A program made the position numbers and the translations under genes. From NCBI GenBank assembly GCA_028023455.1, contig JAQFVV010000010.1, forward strand, positions 14,074,001 to 14,138,000: DNA of 64,000 bases, written 5' to 3'. Below are positions 25,200 through 37,246 of the stretch, in pieces. How positions within the stretch are numbered: position 1 is the stretch's first letter; each line of letters starts with the position of its first letter. The DNA comes from Epiperipatus broadwayi (Eukaryota; Animalia; Onychophora). Below the pieces are notes generated by a model. It saw nothing but the letters and a program-made list of their open reading frames with translations. It searched no databases and was not told where the DNA came from.

Positions 25200-27700
25200 C
25201 TACTGGCGTCCTCAGTGAGGTGCTAGGATAACATTTGTAATACAAGCTTATTAAATTAGGTCATATGACATCTGACTTGATTTTTTTTATAACTACCTTT
25301 TTATATTCAATGGTTTATAATCATATTCCAATGAGTTTATCTTTGAGTATAATTTTTTTGATTGATTTTTTTTTATATTCAATGGTATATAGTCACATAA
25401 GGATGTAAGATGTTCAGAAATTTTCTTATTACTAATTAATATTTGTATTAATGATATGTGATCTGCCATAAATTTTAAAAAGGTTACCTGGGTAAGCGCT
25501 GGAGGAACTTATGAAGTCTGAACAATATAACTAGTGCCTCTTTGTTTTGATAACTGTAGTTAATTTCAGCTTTAGATAAAGTATGAGAAATAGGCATTCA
25601 TTTTTTTACCTGTATGGGTATGACAGGAGATAATGTTCCATTTAAATTACTGTTATAATAGACTAACAGCTTCTTAATGTTAGAAGTGATTTAGTTTGCA
25701 CGAACATTTGCCCTCACTTCTTTTTCCCAGTTTGGTGGGACTTTTTTAAGCATATCCTATAAAGGGTGGCCATATAAACCTTACAGTTTGAAAAAAATTA
25801 GAAAACTCTAGAAAAGCCTGGAATTTCTTTAACTTTCTTGACCTCAGGTTATTCATTATTGCTTTCACCTTTTCAGCAGTGTGGAATTTCTTTTTTTGAT
25901 ATTACACGTTCTAGGAATTTAAATATTTTAGTATGCAAAATTCATTTTGTTACTTAGTTCCCATCTCTTACAATTTGTGTCATGTTTTCAATTTCCAGTA
26001 TGTTGATTTCATCATATTCACTATTTGGTGAAATGTAATCTGATTTCGTAGATAGAAAGATCTCTAATGACATAAGTACTTTTTGTCATTAAAAATAAGA
26101 TACACATTAAAGGATTTTATTTCATCAAATCATCACACAAATAGAATTGGCCATTAGGCAGAGTAATAACTGACATTAGTATGACTCAATCCAACATTTC
26201 CTTAGATTCTAGTACACCCTTTTCAAGTGATTCATTTATAGCTCTCTCAACTATTTTCCTTTGCGTGAATGAGTTTCAAATTACAGATCTCAGAATTTAA
26301 TTAAGCTAACTGGAGGTATTATGATTTCATCTTGCTTTCCATTAGTCTGGAAATTTTTGTTTTATTTTATTTGGAATTTTGATTGTTTTTTTTTTAATTA
26401 TCATCCTTTTTAATTTCAATGAGTCTAAACTACTCTTCCAATTAATTGTTTACATTTGTATGTACAATATATGGAAATAGAATTTAAATTTTACTTTTTC
26501 TAGTTTATTTTAACAATCATGCTTTTAGTTTGATTAGATTACCATTTACTTAAAGCTCTTGATCCATTATCAACATCCATAGAAATCAGATTGCTTCATA
26601 ATTGTGAACTAATGCTTGATCATTTGTTCAAACTGAAATGTTTTTTATGCTTCAATATTTTTCTATTTTGTGCTTATATATGATCATTGCTTTGTTTTGG
26701 TTCATCTCTCTTTTTAGTACATAGCTTTAAACTGCTCTTTTTTTTTTGCAAATTTTGCAACATTCAAATCTTTTATTGTATGTCTGTATTGTATGATCTG
26801 CTTTATCATAATGATAACATATACATTCATCATTATTAAACTCTTTTTTTGATGTCTTTTTATTTGTACCTGATTTCTGAAGTTTTTATAGTTTGATGTG
26901 ATATCATCTGTTTTCCTTTCAGAGAGTGCTGTCATTGCTTATGAATATATTCATGCTCAATTCCACATTTTACAGGATCTTTTTACCCTAAGTCAATGCT
27001 GGCCAATAATTACCTCAAACTATAGCTTTATATCTTCCACCAAAATTGTTTGAGATTTTCTTCAAAAATGAACTACAATCATAATTTTTTGCCAAGATCA
27101 TGAAAAGCTACACTATAGTCTTTTATTTTCTTGTTTATGATTTCAGTGTGATTTCTGAAGTACATCTTAGTTATGTCACAAAGAAATTAAGGATTTTACT
27201 AGACACTCAGCAACTAATTCATATGATATATATATATTGATTTAATAGATATATTACATAGTCTCATATAATGAAGCTGCTTTTATTTGATTAACAATTT
27301 TATGTATGAGGAAAATATTTGTTTACATGTAAAGTATAACATCCAATTTCCTTCATTATCAATGCTTAGTTATTCCATTTTTCTAATTGCTATGTCCACT
27401 GATGGTATCCTTATTGGTAGGTACACAATGTTAAATTTAACTGTATAGACAGTAATAATGTATTACAAGTTTTTCAGTAAAACAATGATTCTGGCTTTTG
27501 ACTGATGTTAAATACAATTTTTTCTGGTGTATGATTGGTCAGTTCATCCATGATTTCATGAAATACAATACAATTACCTAGTTTACAAGTTCATATAGTT
27601 GGGTCATCTTCATCTAAATTTATTATGACTGTTGAAAAAAATTGTATATCCCGTTACTAGTATTGATTAATTAAATCCTTTAATAAGTTTTGATTATACA
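25200..27700 (-). mobile_element. Decayed Ty3/Gypsy LTR retrotransposon internal region (gag, protease, RT, RNase H remnants)
   Basis: Minus-strand fragments: degenerate gag knuckle ECICYHYDKADHT..FECCKICKK (~26760-26850), protease SMDVDNGS (~26560-26590), RT EKGVLES..LPNGQF.LC (~26140-26260), EKVKAI (~25860), RNase H ISHTLSKAEINYS (~25550-25595). Many stops and frameshifts; LTRs not found. Confidence 0.65.
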
Positions 27701-29120
27701 ACTTTATACAATTAATGTATTTTTAACATTATAATTTTTATATATGTAAACATTTTACAACTGGTTCATATACGGGTTATGTATTTAATCATATTCCTAC
27801 ATAATGCCCACTATAATCATAAATAGAAGTAAAGCTGTAATTTAAACATTTTATATTTATACCAAAATTTAAATAAACAAATCTTGCCACTGATATATTC
27901 ATTTTCTTTCAAAAGCAAGTAAGATAAATAGACAATAGGTTTTTTTGAGCAAATGATACTTGTTTATTATGAGTGTGATCGTTTACCATCGCTCTCCAGT
28001 CTATAAACAAAATTTATTCTAGTGTTATAATATTGAGAGCTTAATTATACTCTTTAATGAATTCCTTACATTATTAAGTTGTAAAATATATTATGTATAT
28101 TAATGGAAATATATTCCAAGTTTCTATTTTCAGAGATTATTGTTGTACAGTTGCACTTTCTATTTGCCTAAACTACTATAGTATCAGATAGTATGTTCCG
28201 TAAATATATAATCATAAAGCAAAATCAACTCCTTTTACTTTTTTTTTGTGATTACACTATATTTTTGAGTAATAAAGCATATTTAAATAATTCTTCTCAT
28301 ATGTAGTTCTTTATCTCCATACATATAGTTTTTTTTTTTGTAAACATGTGACCTGTATGTCATCAAAAAATGACAATTTTGAAAAATATTCAATACTTTT
28401 AGATTACTAGTGCTAGAATAACTGAACTTCAATTTGTTATTCTGTGGCAGTTTAAAACAACTAGCTATTCAATTACTTTTATATAATGACTTAAACAATG
28501 TTCACATTCTTTTCATATGTAATCACAACTATTTTTAACAAAAAATGAATTTATAGTTAGTAAAAAAAGTTATAAATTTAATATGATTCAAATAAACATT
28601 TAAAAAAAAACAAACTGTAATAGGATGTTTGGGACATTTTTCGATACTTGGGGACTCAATAGTGAAAACTACTAAAGATTCTAATCGATATATTTTATAT
28701 CTACTTTTGAAAGAAGATATTGATTTGTAGATTTTGGTTAAACAACAGTCAGGAAAGAATTTGATTGTTTATTTTCAATAAATTTGATGCATGTTTTTGT
28801 ATTAAGATGTTGTTTTGCAAATTTGGTAAAACGGCAGTTGGAAAGAAATTGATAGGTTTTCTCTGTCATTAATACCTTAAAAAGCAGTTGTTATTATTTG
28901 TTCATTAAAACTATTTTAAACTTTTTTTTAAGCTGTCTATGTAATATTATTTTGAGAACATACAAAAAGTGATTGTTTTGAGACTATTTTTTTTTGCAAA
29001 AAAACTACATCTAACACCTGCCTGTTACGTATTTCTTTTTGTTTCTTTATTTAGACAAGAAAAAGTCTTTTGTTATTTTAAAATTGTCAATAGTTTTTTG
29101 CCACTTCTCAATTGCTGTAT

Positions 29121-29217
29121 TTTTTTTTTTTATGTGTCAAATGTATTGACCGGGAAGCGAATCCCGGCGTACTGCTTGGAAGGCAGCTATGCTAACCACT
29201 AAGCCACCCATGCTTGA
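29121..29217 (-). mobile_element. tRNA-Gly(TCC)-derived SINE with poly-A and TSD
   Basis: Minus strand reads gtcaa-GCATGGGTGGCTTAGTGGTTAGCATAGCTGCCTTCCAAGCAGTACGCCGGGATTCGCTTCCCGGTCAATACA-tttgacacata-A11. 12-bp TSD caattgct(g/a)tat (29109-29120, 29218-29229). Confidence 0.85.
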
Positions 29218-29389
29218 CAATTGCTATATTGTTTTGACTGAAATACCCACAAAAATTATTTTTGCTTCACCTTTACCAAGAAATTATATAATCATTTTAC
29301 AGAAATATCCATAGATCAATTTTTATATTTGTCATCTATGTAAGACATGAAGCAGATGCTTGACTTGAAAATTGTGCTAAAGTCTTAAG

Positions 29390-30150
29390 AAGAAAACTTG
29401 TACAAATTAAACAAGCTGATTATTACAAAAATTACTTATTATATATCAATTATAGTCTTCACAAAATTCTTTACATCAAAGATTTATTCACTGCATAGAA
29501 AACTTTTATGGAGAAGAAAAATAGTGGCCACCGCACTCAGGCAAATGCAATATCATACCAACCTAAATGGATTAGGACTACATACATTCTATTAGTGTAT
29601 TTGCAATACAAAAAAACTTAATCTTACATCATCCATGACAAGAATATACCCACATTTAGAAGTCACTTTTAAAATAACACATACAAACTTCCCCCATACA
29701 CAAAATATCTGCATACAATTTTAGAACCTATTAAATTAATATCTAATCCTAACATAACTTTCCCATAAGACAAATGATGCTACTGGAATATGTATATACT
29801 TCTACACACAAACACAAATTATAACAGTCTTGCCAATGCAAGGCACTAATAATGAGCTAATATGTAGATTTAAATATTGGACACGAGCACAATTTTTTTG
29901 ATTTTCTATTCAAAATGAACATGTGATCATGCATTACCAACATTATATTTCATAAGCTATAAGAGAAACATATAACATTGACACTATATGAGTTATGCCA
30001 CAGATAAAAAGAGAACCAAAAAAACATGTATTTTTTTTTTAGTATAATAGCCTACAATACACTAGATCTTATATTACAAAAATTCAACAGAAAAAGAATG
30101 CCACTATAAGTTCAATTATAGAATCTTTTCCAAATGCCTGCTTCACAGAA
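29390..30150 (+). mobile_element. Decayed L1/Tx1-type LINE ORF2 fragment
   Basis: ORF 29398-29595 contains KLLWRRKIVATALRQMQYHTNLNGLGL, matching the post-RT F-x-W...GGLGL motif. The 3' extent is approximate. Confidence 0.55.
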
Positions 30151-30191
30151 ATAAGAAGTAAATCATTTATACTATATGCATTATGTGATAT

Positions 30192-30785
30192 ATAGAGTAT
30201 ATGAGCACAGACTTTCACATGACCCACCACTCTCCACACTATCTCAGAACACTGATACACTTGAACACACATATATTGAAAAGATAAATAATCACCAATA
30301 TATGTATTTCATGCTAAACCAGCAATCATCAGTTGGTCCAGATTACCATCTCTAAACATATATGCTATAAGTGCTCAGATATATATTAAGATAGCCAATC
30401 CTCCTACTTTAATGGACAGGCTTCAATCTACGCCACACTCCAACTCTTCAACCGTCCATCCAATTGAAAATCTGATGGCGGAATGCTCAAAGGCTATCCT
30501 GAGGCCGAGATTCTTGTCACACCCATGTTGAGCTAAGGTCAGTATATAATCCATTTAATACATAAACAAGGGATGGGCAGACATCTCTATTATGTAATAA
30601 CTGAAACACACAGGCTTATTATATACCTGTGTCTATATATGTAATGTATAGGGTATATGAGCACAGACTTTCACATGACCCATCACTCTCCACACTATCT
30701 CAGAACACTGATGCACATATATGTTGAAAATGGCTATATATTACATATATAGACACAAGTATATAATAAGCCTGTGTGTTTCAGT
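30192..30785. mobile_element. Family A (A1) PLE insertion: partial tandem plus terminal inversion
   Basis: Unit 30191-30646 is followed by a repeat of its start (30647-30730) and an inverted segment (30735-30785). GLLYTCVYICNV (GIY-like) precedes the YIG region. 19-bp TSD tatatgcattatgt(g/t)atat (30173-30191, 30786-30804). Confidence 0.8.
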
Positions 30786-31877
30786 TATATGCATTATGTT
30801 ATATTTATGCAAGAAATCTGAATACTTTTAAAAACAAATTAGAGACAATAAAACAAAGAGATAAAAAAATCATCTCATCTGACATTTTCGCAGCCAATTG
30901 TGCTTTAATCTCTAGTGAGATGTATTTTCTATTTCCTATTTTATTATAAATGTTTTTAACAATAGTTTTATTTCACTGAATGCTATTGAAAATAGTTATT
31001 GTGATATTCTTTGATCAGTTTTGTATTAATTTTTTAAAAATTTTAAACTGAAATATCTGTATATATTATTTCATTGAATAAAGTTTCTTCTAAAACTAAA
31101 CCAAAATTTATCGAAAAGAAAACAATCTATTTCTTTCTGACCGCCCTTTATCCAAAATCTGAAATACGGCTTTTTTCAAAATTTACGCATCGTAAAAGTA
31201 TCTTCAATAGTATTCGAGACAGACTGTTCGGCATCCTGCAAATATTTGACTATTTCCCAGAGCACCTACTAATGATTACCATAATACTATTCTTTTATAT
31301 CAATCAAAAAAGATGTTAGTTTTTCAAACATTTATTATCTTTGGGAGGTGGGGGGGGGGGCAGTATTTACGCGATTTAAAAAAAAAAGTAAACGTTTTTT
31401 GAAGAACAGGTATTTATTATGTACTACATCTGTCCTGTTTTTTTGAAAGATCCAATCACTAGATATTATGTGGTAGTGCTTTAATTTACATCCTTAGATT
31501 AATTTTCGATTCACCGACTTCTCAACTATTTTATGTAGATGGCAGTACTATCATCAGGTTACAATTGAATGAATATCTCTTCTTCAATACATGTGATATA
31601 TGTATACTGAGAAAGTCAATTTGATCAGTATTTAATGTCTTATGAAACTTTACAAAACAAAAAAGAAACCTATATATAATCTTCAATTGCATTATTTCCT
31701 TCATATCATTTTTGTAGGATAAACACAAACTGAAAATAATATAAACATTAAAAATAGATAAATTCGAAATTGATAATGTAAACATTAAATTCATATTAGT
31801 TTTAACCATAAAATTAATTATATTATTTTTGCTACTTTACTAAATTACCAGGTGTTTTTATTATTATTAAAGAAAAG

Positions 31878-32002
31878 CGCTAAGAACGCTAAATTAAAAA
31901 AGCTTCAATATAGACGTATAAGCAAGATGTCAAAAACGCTTAGCTCGATTTAAAATACGTCTACACTGAAGCTTGTTTTATATAGTGTTCCTAGCGTTTA
32001 GA
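31878..32002. repeat. Short imperfect fold-back (MITE-like)
   Basis: aagcgctaagaacgcta...aagcttcaatatagacgtat / atacgtctacactgaagctt...tagtgttcctagcgttt. Confidence 0.5.
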
Positions 32003-32575
32003 ATTTAATTACAATTCATTTAGGAAAAGTTGATCAATTTATATAATTAAAGAAAAGATGTATTTTTTTGAAAGCTGATTACCAATTTTGTGTTATTTTT
32101 TTAAAAAAATTCAGTTTATTTAAAAACTATTATGTTAATTTTACACTATCAATTCAATTCTTTATACCGTAGTTAGATTTTTTTTTATGTTTAAAAAAGT
32201 TTTTTTAGATAAAATTTTACCTTTTTAAATATAAATGTTATATTATTTCTTAAAAAAGCATTAAAAAAAAAGCTTATATATATCGAAACAAACTAGGATA
32301 GGAAGTATTTTGATGTTATTATTTTATTATTCAAATTTATATATGTGAAAGTAAAAGAATATTAAGTTTAAAAAGTAATCCCATCTCCTTTAATTTATGA
32401 TATATGTTGAATGAGCTTTTGACATAGCAGTAACTAATTAAAATGTCTTGCCTTTGAAAACAGTCCAAAAAAGGTGTCCTTTTAAAAAATCATTTTGATT
32501 TGAGAACATATTTTTTGCATCATTTACGTTTATCAAAGATTTTTTTTTTTTAAATTATTTTAAAAACTTTAATGA

Positions 32576-32602
32576 TTTTTCACCATTTTCCTGCAGGTGA
32601 GT
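32576..32602 (+). other. Candidate recursive splice site (polypyrimidine-CAG|GTGAGT)
   Basis: tttttcaccattttcctgcag is immediately followed by the consensus donor gtgagt (AG 32595-32596, GT 32597-32598). Confidence 0.4.
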
Positions 32603-32656
32603 ATAAATCTACTGTATAATTATTTTTTTCAATATCTATAAATTCTATTAAAATTG

Positions 32657-32865
32657 TGAAATAAATTGAGATACTGCAAGGTCTCAAGCGCTCGTTATAA
32701 AATTTATCTGACAGCCAATCAGATGACATGATAGCCGTCCAAACGAAATCCAAACGTAAACACACAACACAGATTTCGTTTGGAGGGCTATCATGTCATC
32801 TGATTGGCTGTCAGATAAGTTTTATAACGAGCGCCTAAGATCTTGCAGTATCTCAATTTATTTCA
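32657..32865. mobile_element. Fold-back MITE with ~95-bp inverted arms
   Basis: tgaaataaattgagatactgcaag...ctgacagccaatcagatgacatgatagc / gctatcatgtcatctgattggctgtcag...cttgcagtatctcaatttatttca. CpGs are retained. Confidence 0.75.
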
Positions 32866-33166
32866 GTTTTCAACTATCTGTGCTTCGCAAATTAAAATAT
32901 TATTTAAAAAAATTATGAACAATATGTTTTTGATATTTATATTCACTGATGTAACTGGTTGGTAGCTTGATATTATTCTGACTGCAAGTTGTTTTGAACT
33001 GTTGGCATTTAAAAACCCACATGCAAACAATTTGAACTTTTAGAATATTTTTAGTTGCTGAAAATTTAGGAAACATTCGATTATAGGAAATAGGAATATT
33101 AAATAATCGATCAAGCCAATTTATAAATTGGAGTTTGTATATTTTTTACAATATTATTCTCTAGCC

Positions 33167-33358
33167 CAGCAGTTTGGTTCTCAACCTGTGGGTTGCGACC
33201 CCTTTGAAGATCGAACAACCCTTTCACAGGGGTCGCCTAACCATTGGAAAACACATATTTTTGATTCACAACTGTAGCAAAATTACAGGGTTGGGGGTCA
33301 CCACAATATAAGGAACTGTATTAAAGGGTCACGGTATTAGGAAGGTTGAAAGCCATTG
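33167..33358 (+). mobile_element. SPIN/URR1-like hAT-Charlie MITE
   Basis: Ends ggttctcaacct / aggttgaaagccattg. 8-bp TSD ctctagcc (33159-33166, 33359-33366). Body gtgggttgcgacccctttg..cgaacaaccctttcacaggggtcgcctaa..gtagcaaaattacag..ggttgggggtcaccacaa..aggaactgtattaaagggtc matches the URR1/SPIN MITE as recalled from memory. Confidence 0.8.
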
Positions 33359-36300
33359 CTCTAGCCTATTTACAGATTTTTATTACTTGGTCTTTATCTC
33401 ATACAGTGCATGAAAGTTTTCATATAAGTGTCTTGATAATTTGGTAAATACTTATTTCATTACACTTGTTGAAGAGATTATCTTCATAGTCAAACTTCTA
33501 TCTAAAAGAATGATTATGATAATCTTTTATTGTGTGACATTCACATTTTTCTAAATTTTATTTTGCAGTATTTGATAATATAGTATTCTGCTATTATCTG
33601 AATATAATTTTTTAAGAAATGAATTACTATCGACTCATTCTTACATGGTTATAAATTTTATAAAAGTATATGAGTGGGCTATTTTTGCTTATGATTCTAG
33701 AAATATGAAATATCCTATTTTTATTTCTTTGTTTGTACTATACAAATACACATTTAATCAAAATTACCCCCAAATCCACAATTCAGACAGACTAGCCCCC
33801 AAAAAACTAACTAAAGTACAATCAATGATTTTACTGCTGCAAGCAGACTTCTCAAGTGTAAAGAAGTACAAAATAACATAAACTAAACATTACCCACAAT
33901 TCCACGTACCTTCCATACACTCTTAATATTAAAATAATTTTTAAATAAGTTAATTGCTTCAGAATCATAAATTTTTAATAATAAAGATTCTTTAATTCTT
34001 TTTATTTCATTTTTTTTCCAAAGAAGACAACCTTAGCTTCATCAAAATTAATAGTATAATCTGTATTTTTTTCTTGGATGTATAAAACAGAACTAAGATT
34101 TATTTTTAACTTTAATTTTATGTACCTTTATATATATGTTGTAATGTAGATATACATGGTACTTGCAAAATTGAATTATAATTATAAATTCAAAAAGATA
34201 AGAATCTTAGATTTTAAGCTACACTAAAAAAAAGATGGCATTACATATGTAATTGCATGGTTTATTGCGTAGAAGTTCACGAGAAATTCAATCATCAGAA
34301 ATGATAGAGGTGAAGACATGATCCTTAGACGTTAAACTCCTGTGCTTGTCACTGTACCACTACTCCAAACCACACTAAACTATATTGTTGATACATACCA
34401 TACCATTTAATACTAAATTGTTTCAGAAGCATTATTTGGATGCTGTTGGAAAATTTAACATTTGATGATATATTTATATTTATTATGATGCATATTCTAA
34501 TATATCATCATCATTATTTTCAATCATTATCAGTCCACTGCAGGATGATCTCTCCAACTTCAATTCATCTCCGATCTCTAGCCTCTCTTCTCCACATCAC
34601 CCCCGCATACTTCCTTATTTTATTCATTCATATCATATGTGGTCTCTTTCTAGGTCTTTTACAATCTCTTGGAATTCAGTTTAAGATTTCATCATTCTAA
34701 TATATACTGTACTGTTAAATAAATGATTAGTGAAATAGTTCTCTTGATAAACGAAATGAGGGGGGGTTATAAAGTACAATTTTGTATAAAATAATAAAAA
34801 ACCGATACCATGAGTAACTATAAAAACCCTTTTTGAAATCAAAAGTTTGCCTCTTAGTAGGTTATTGTATTACGGTACTAGATGCATCCAGACACCCATT
34901 AAAATGCTATTCTTAGAAACATTCTATAGTGTATAATACACGTACATCTATGAAAATAGCTAGATAGACAGTTGGCTGCGAAATGTAAGATTTTTTTATT
35001 ACTATAATTCTTTTAATTTTTGAGGTTTTTAAAAATGTCAAAGTAAATTAAAAATTGTTAATATTTTTTTAAAACTAATATTAAAAAAATAATATATTTT
35101 TTATGTGTGTGATTTAAATTTATATGTAGGATATATTTAACGAATAAAATGCTTTTAAATTTTTGGCATTGTTTAAACATTATGTAGGTCTTTCTTGTAA
35201 GAAATTAAAAAGCAAAAAAAAAAAAATTAAGAATTTAAAAGGTTTTTTTCTAATAATAATTAAAACAAGCTTTTTTTTTCCAAACTTGGTAATTAAAAAA
35301 AAAAGCTTTGCAAATTTTAAAAAAAAAAGTTTTTTTTTTTGTTTGTTTCCGATTAGTCATTTTAATTAAGTTATCAAAAAAAGAAAATTAGCCCAACGTT
35401 ACATATTATCAAAAGTAGATCTACTTTTAATTCTCGGTTTTGGAATTTTATGATTTTTTTTGTTCTGCTTTTAAAAGTTAGACTTTGACACACATACGCA
35501 CACGTTCGATTCTAATAAAACATTTATAGGGATGTGCATCTGTAAAAATTCTTAAATCGACCTTGTGAATCGCGCAGGTCACACGTGTCTTTTTAGATAG
35601 TCAAATGCAGTCCTCACAAAACTTTTCAAATAAAACTATAATACCTGCTTTATTTCTTTGCACGGCAATTTAATAATGATTGCTTGTGTCATCAACTTCT
35701 ATAATTTTATTGTTATCGTTTCCTGAAATTGTTCAAACTGGTCCGTTCAATTTTTGTTTGGACTTCATTCAGCGAGGTTGTTATTCTTCGTTCTGTTTTA
35801 ATTTAAAGTACTTTGACCTTTGAACCCCATCTTCTTCCAATAATTTAATCTCATGATACTGGTAATTATTTTTAATTTATATCAAGAAAAACGAAATACT
35901 TTCATAAGTATTCTCGTTTAAAAGAAGTTACTTGGGTCAATTTTTGGGACAATAAATTCTTGTGAATCCTTATACTCAACAATGAAGTTTGTAAAATCAG
36001 CTCATCTGGTGAATGAACGAACATCTTGTGGAACTATTAAATGCTTTCTTAACAAATTTAAAAAAAAATTTTCAATGTTCATTCTAATCAGATACAAACA
36101 CAGTGAATAATAAATATTTTTTATTGATTTTCTTAATTATTAATTTTGTTCTCTTGATTTTTTTGTACTGTTAATAAATCTAATTAATAAAAAAAATATT
36201 TGCTTGCACTGAATACATTTTTTGGGATTAGATTATCTCTCCCCCCCAGTTAGCCTATAACGAATTCAGTAGCCATCCAGAGTTAATTTTGTACATTAAT

Positions 36301-37246
36301 TATATAGATGCTTTTTGCATGAAGCAAAAATGTCAAAATTCTTATTAAATCTTTAAATGCATTTTCACTATAAAACACTCTTTTCAAAAGGTAAATGTTA
36401 GAATAATGATACTTTAGACATTTAATGCACTGAGGAAATAACAGTTTAAATTTGCTTGTGCATACTTCAAACTACTTTTTTGAACATTTAAATTTTTGGT
36501 TCACCATTAAGTCTCTTATTTTTTGTTTCTATTATTTTGTTCACTACAAACTATCTTATATTCTTGGACTAAAAAATATGACCTTTCTTTTAGATAAAAA
36601 AACATGGATGTTTTGTCTCTGATATGTAGATATATGTGCTGTTTTACTCTTGGTATTAATATTTGCTCTTAAATTTTTTATAATAAACTCATGGGCCACA
36701 TGGGTCTTCGCATTTAATCATGTACAATCTGTGAGTATTCTTTCAGACCAATTCTATTCTCACTGTTATTTATTGATATATTCAAAATAATCCGTAAGTT
36801 AAAACTAATATTAGATTCTTTTTCTGTACACTTTATTTATTTATTACTGAAAGTATACGATGAAGGGCCATCCAAGGTTTCTCAATATTTTCACTATTTC
36901 TTCTCTTTTTGTTATCATTAATTAATAAATATTTTTAAAATTTCCCTCCATACAAAAAGCATTTATATTAAGGCACACTATTATTACAGTCTAATCAGGG
37001 AGTACAATTTGTATTAACTAGACAATAAATGTGATGAGAAAGTTTTGTAAATAGCCATAGTTTTAGTTTTTTCATTCAGTATTTATAAAAATTAAAAAAA
37101 TAATCTTAGTATTTGCACAATTATTATAAGTTTGACTTCTATGTAAAATATACTCTTTTGATTCAAATACTGGTTTTAGAATAGAGAAATCTCATGTATG
37201 TTAACTTCTTTGCCTAGAGGCCAGTGAAGTAAACAAAACAATAGGG

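Noticed and set aside
29121-29217. Functional tRNA-Gly(TCC) gene
   Set aside because: The acceptor and T-arm carry mismatches, and the poly-A tail and TSD indicate a retroposed copy. The other six copies are more damaged.
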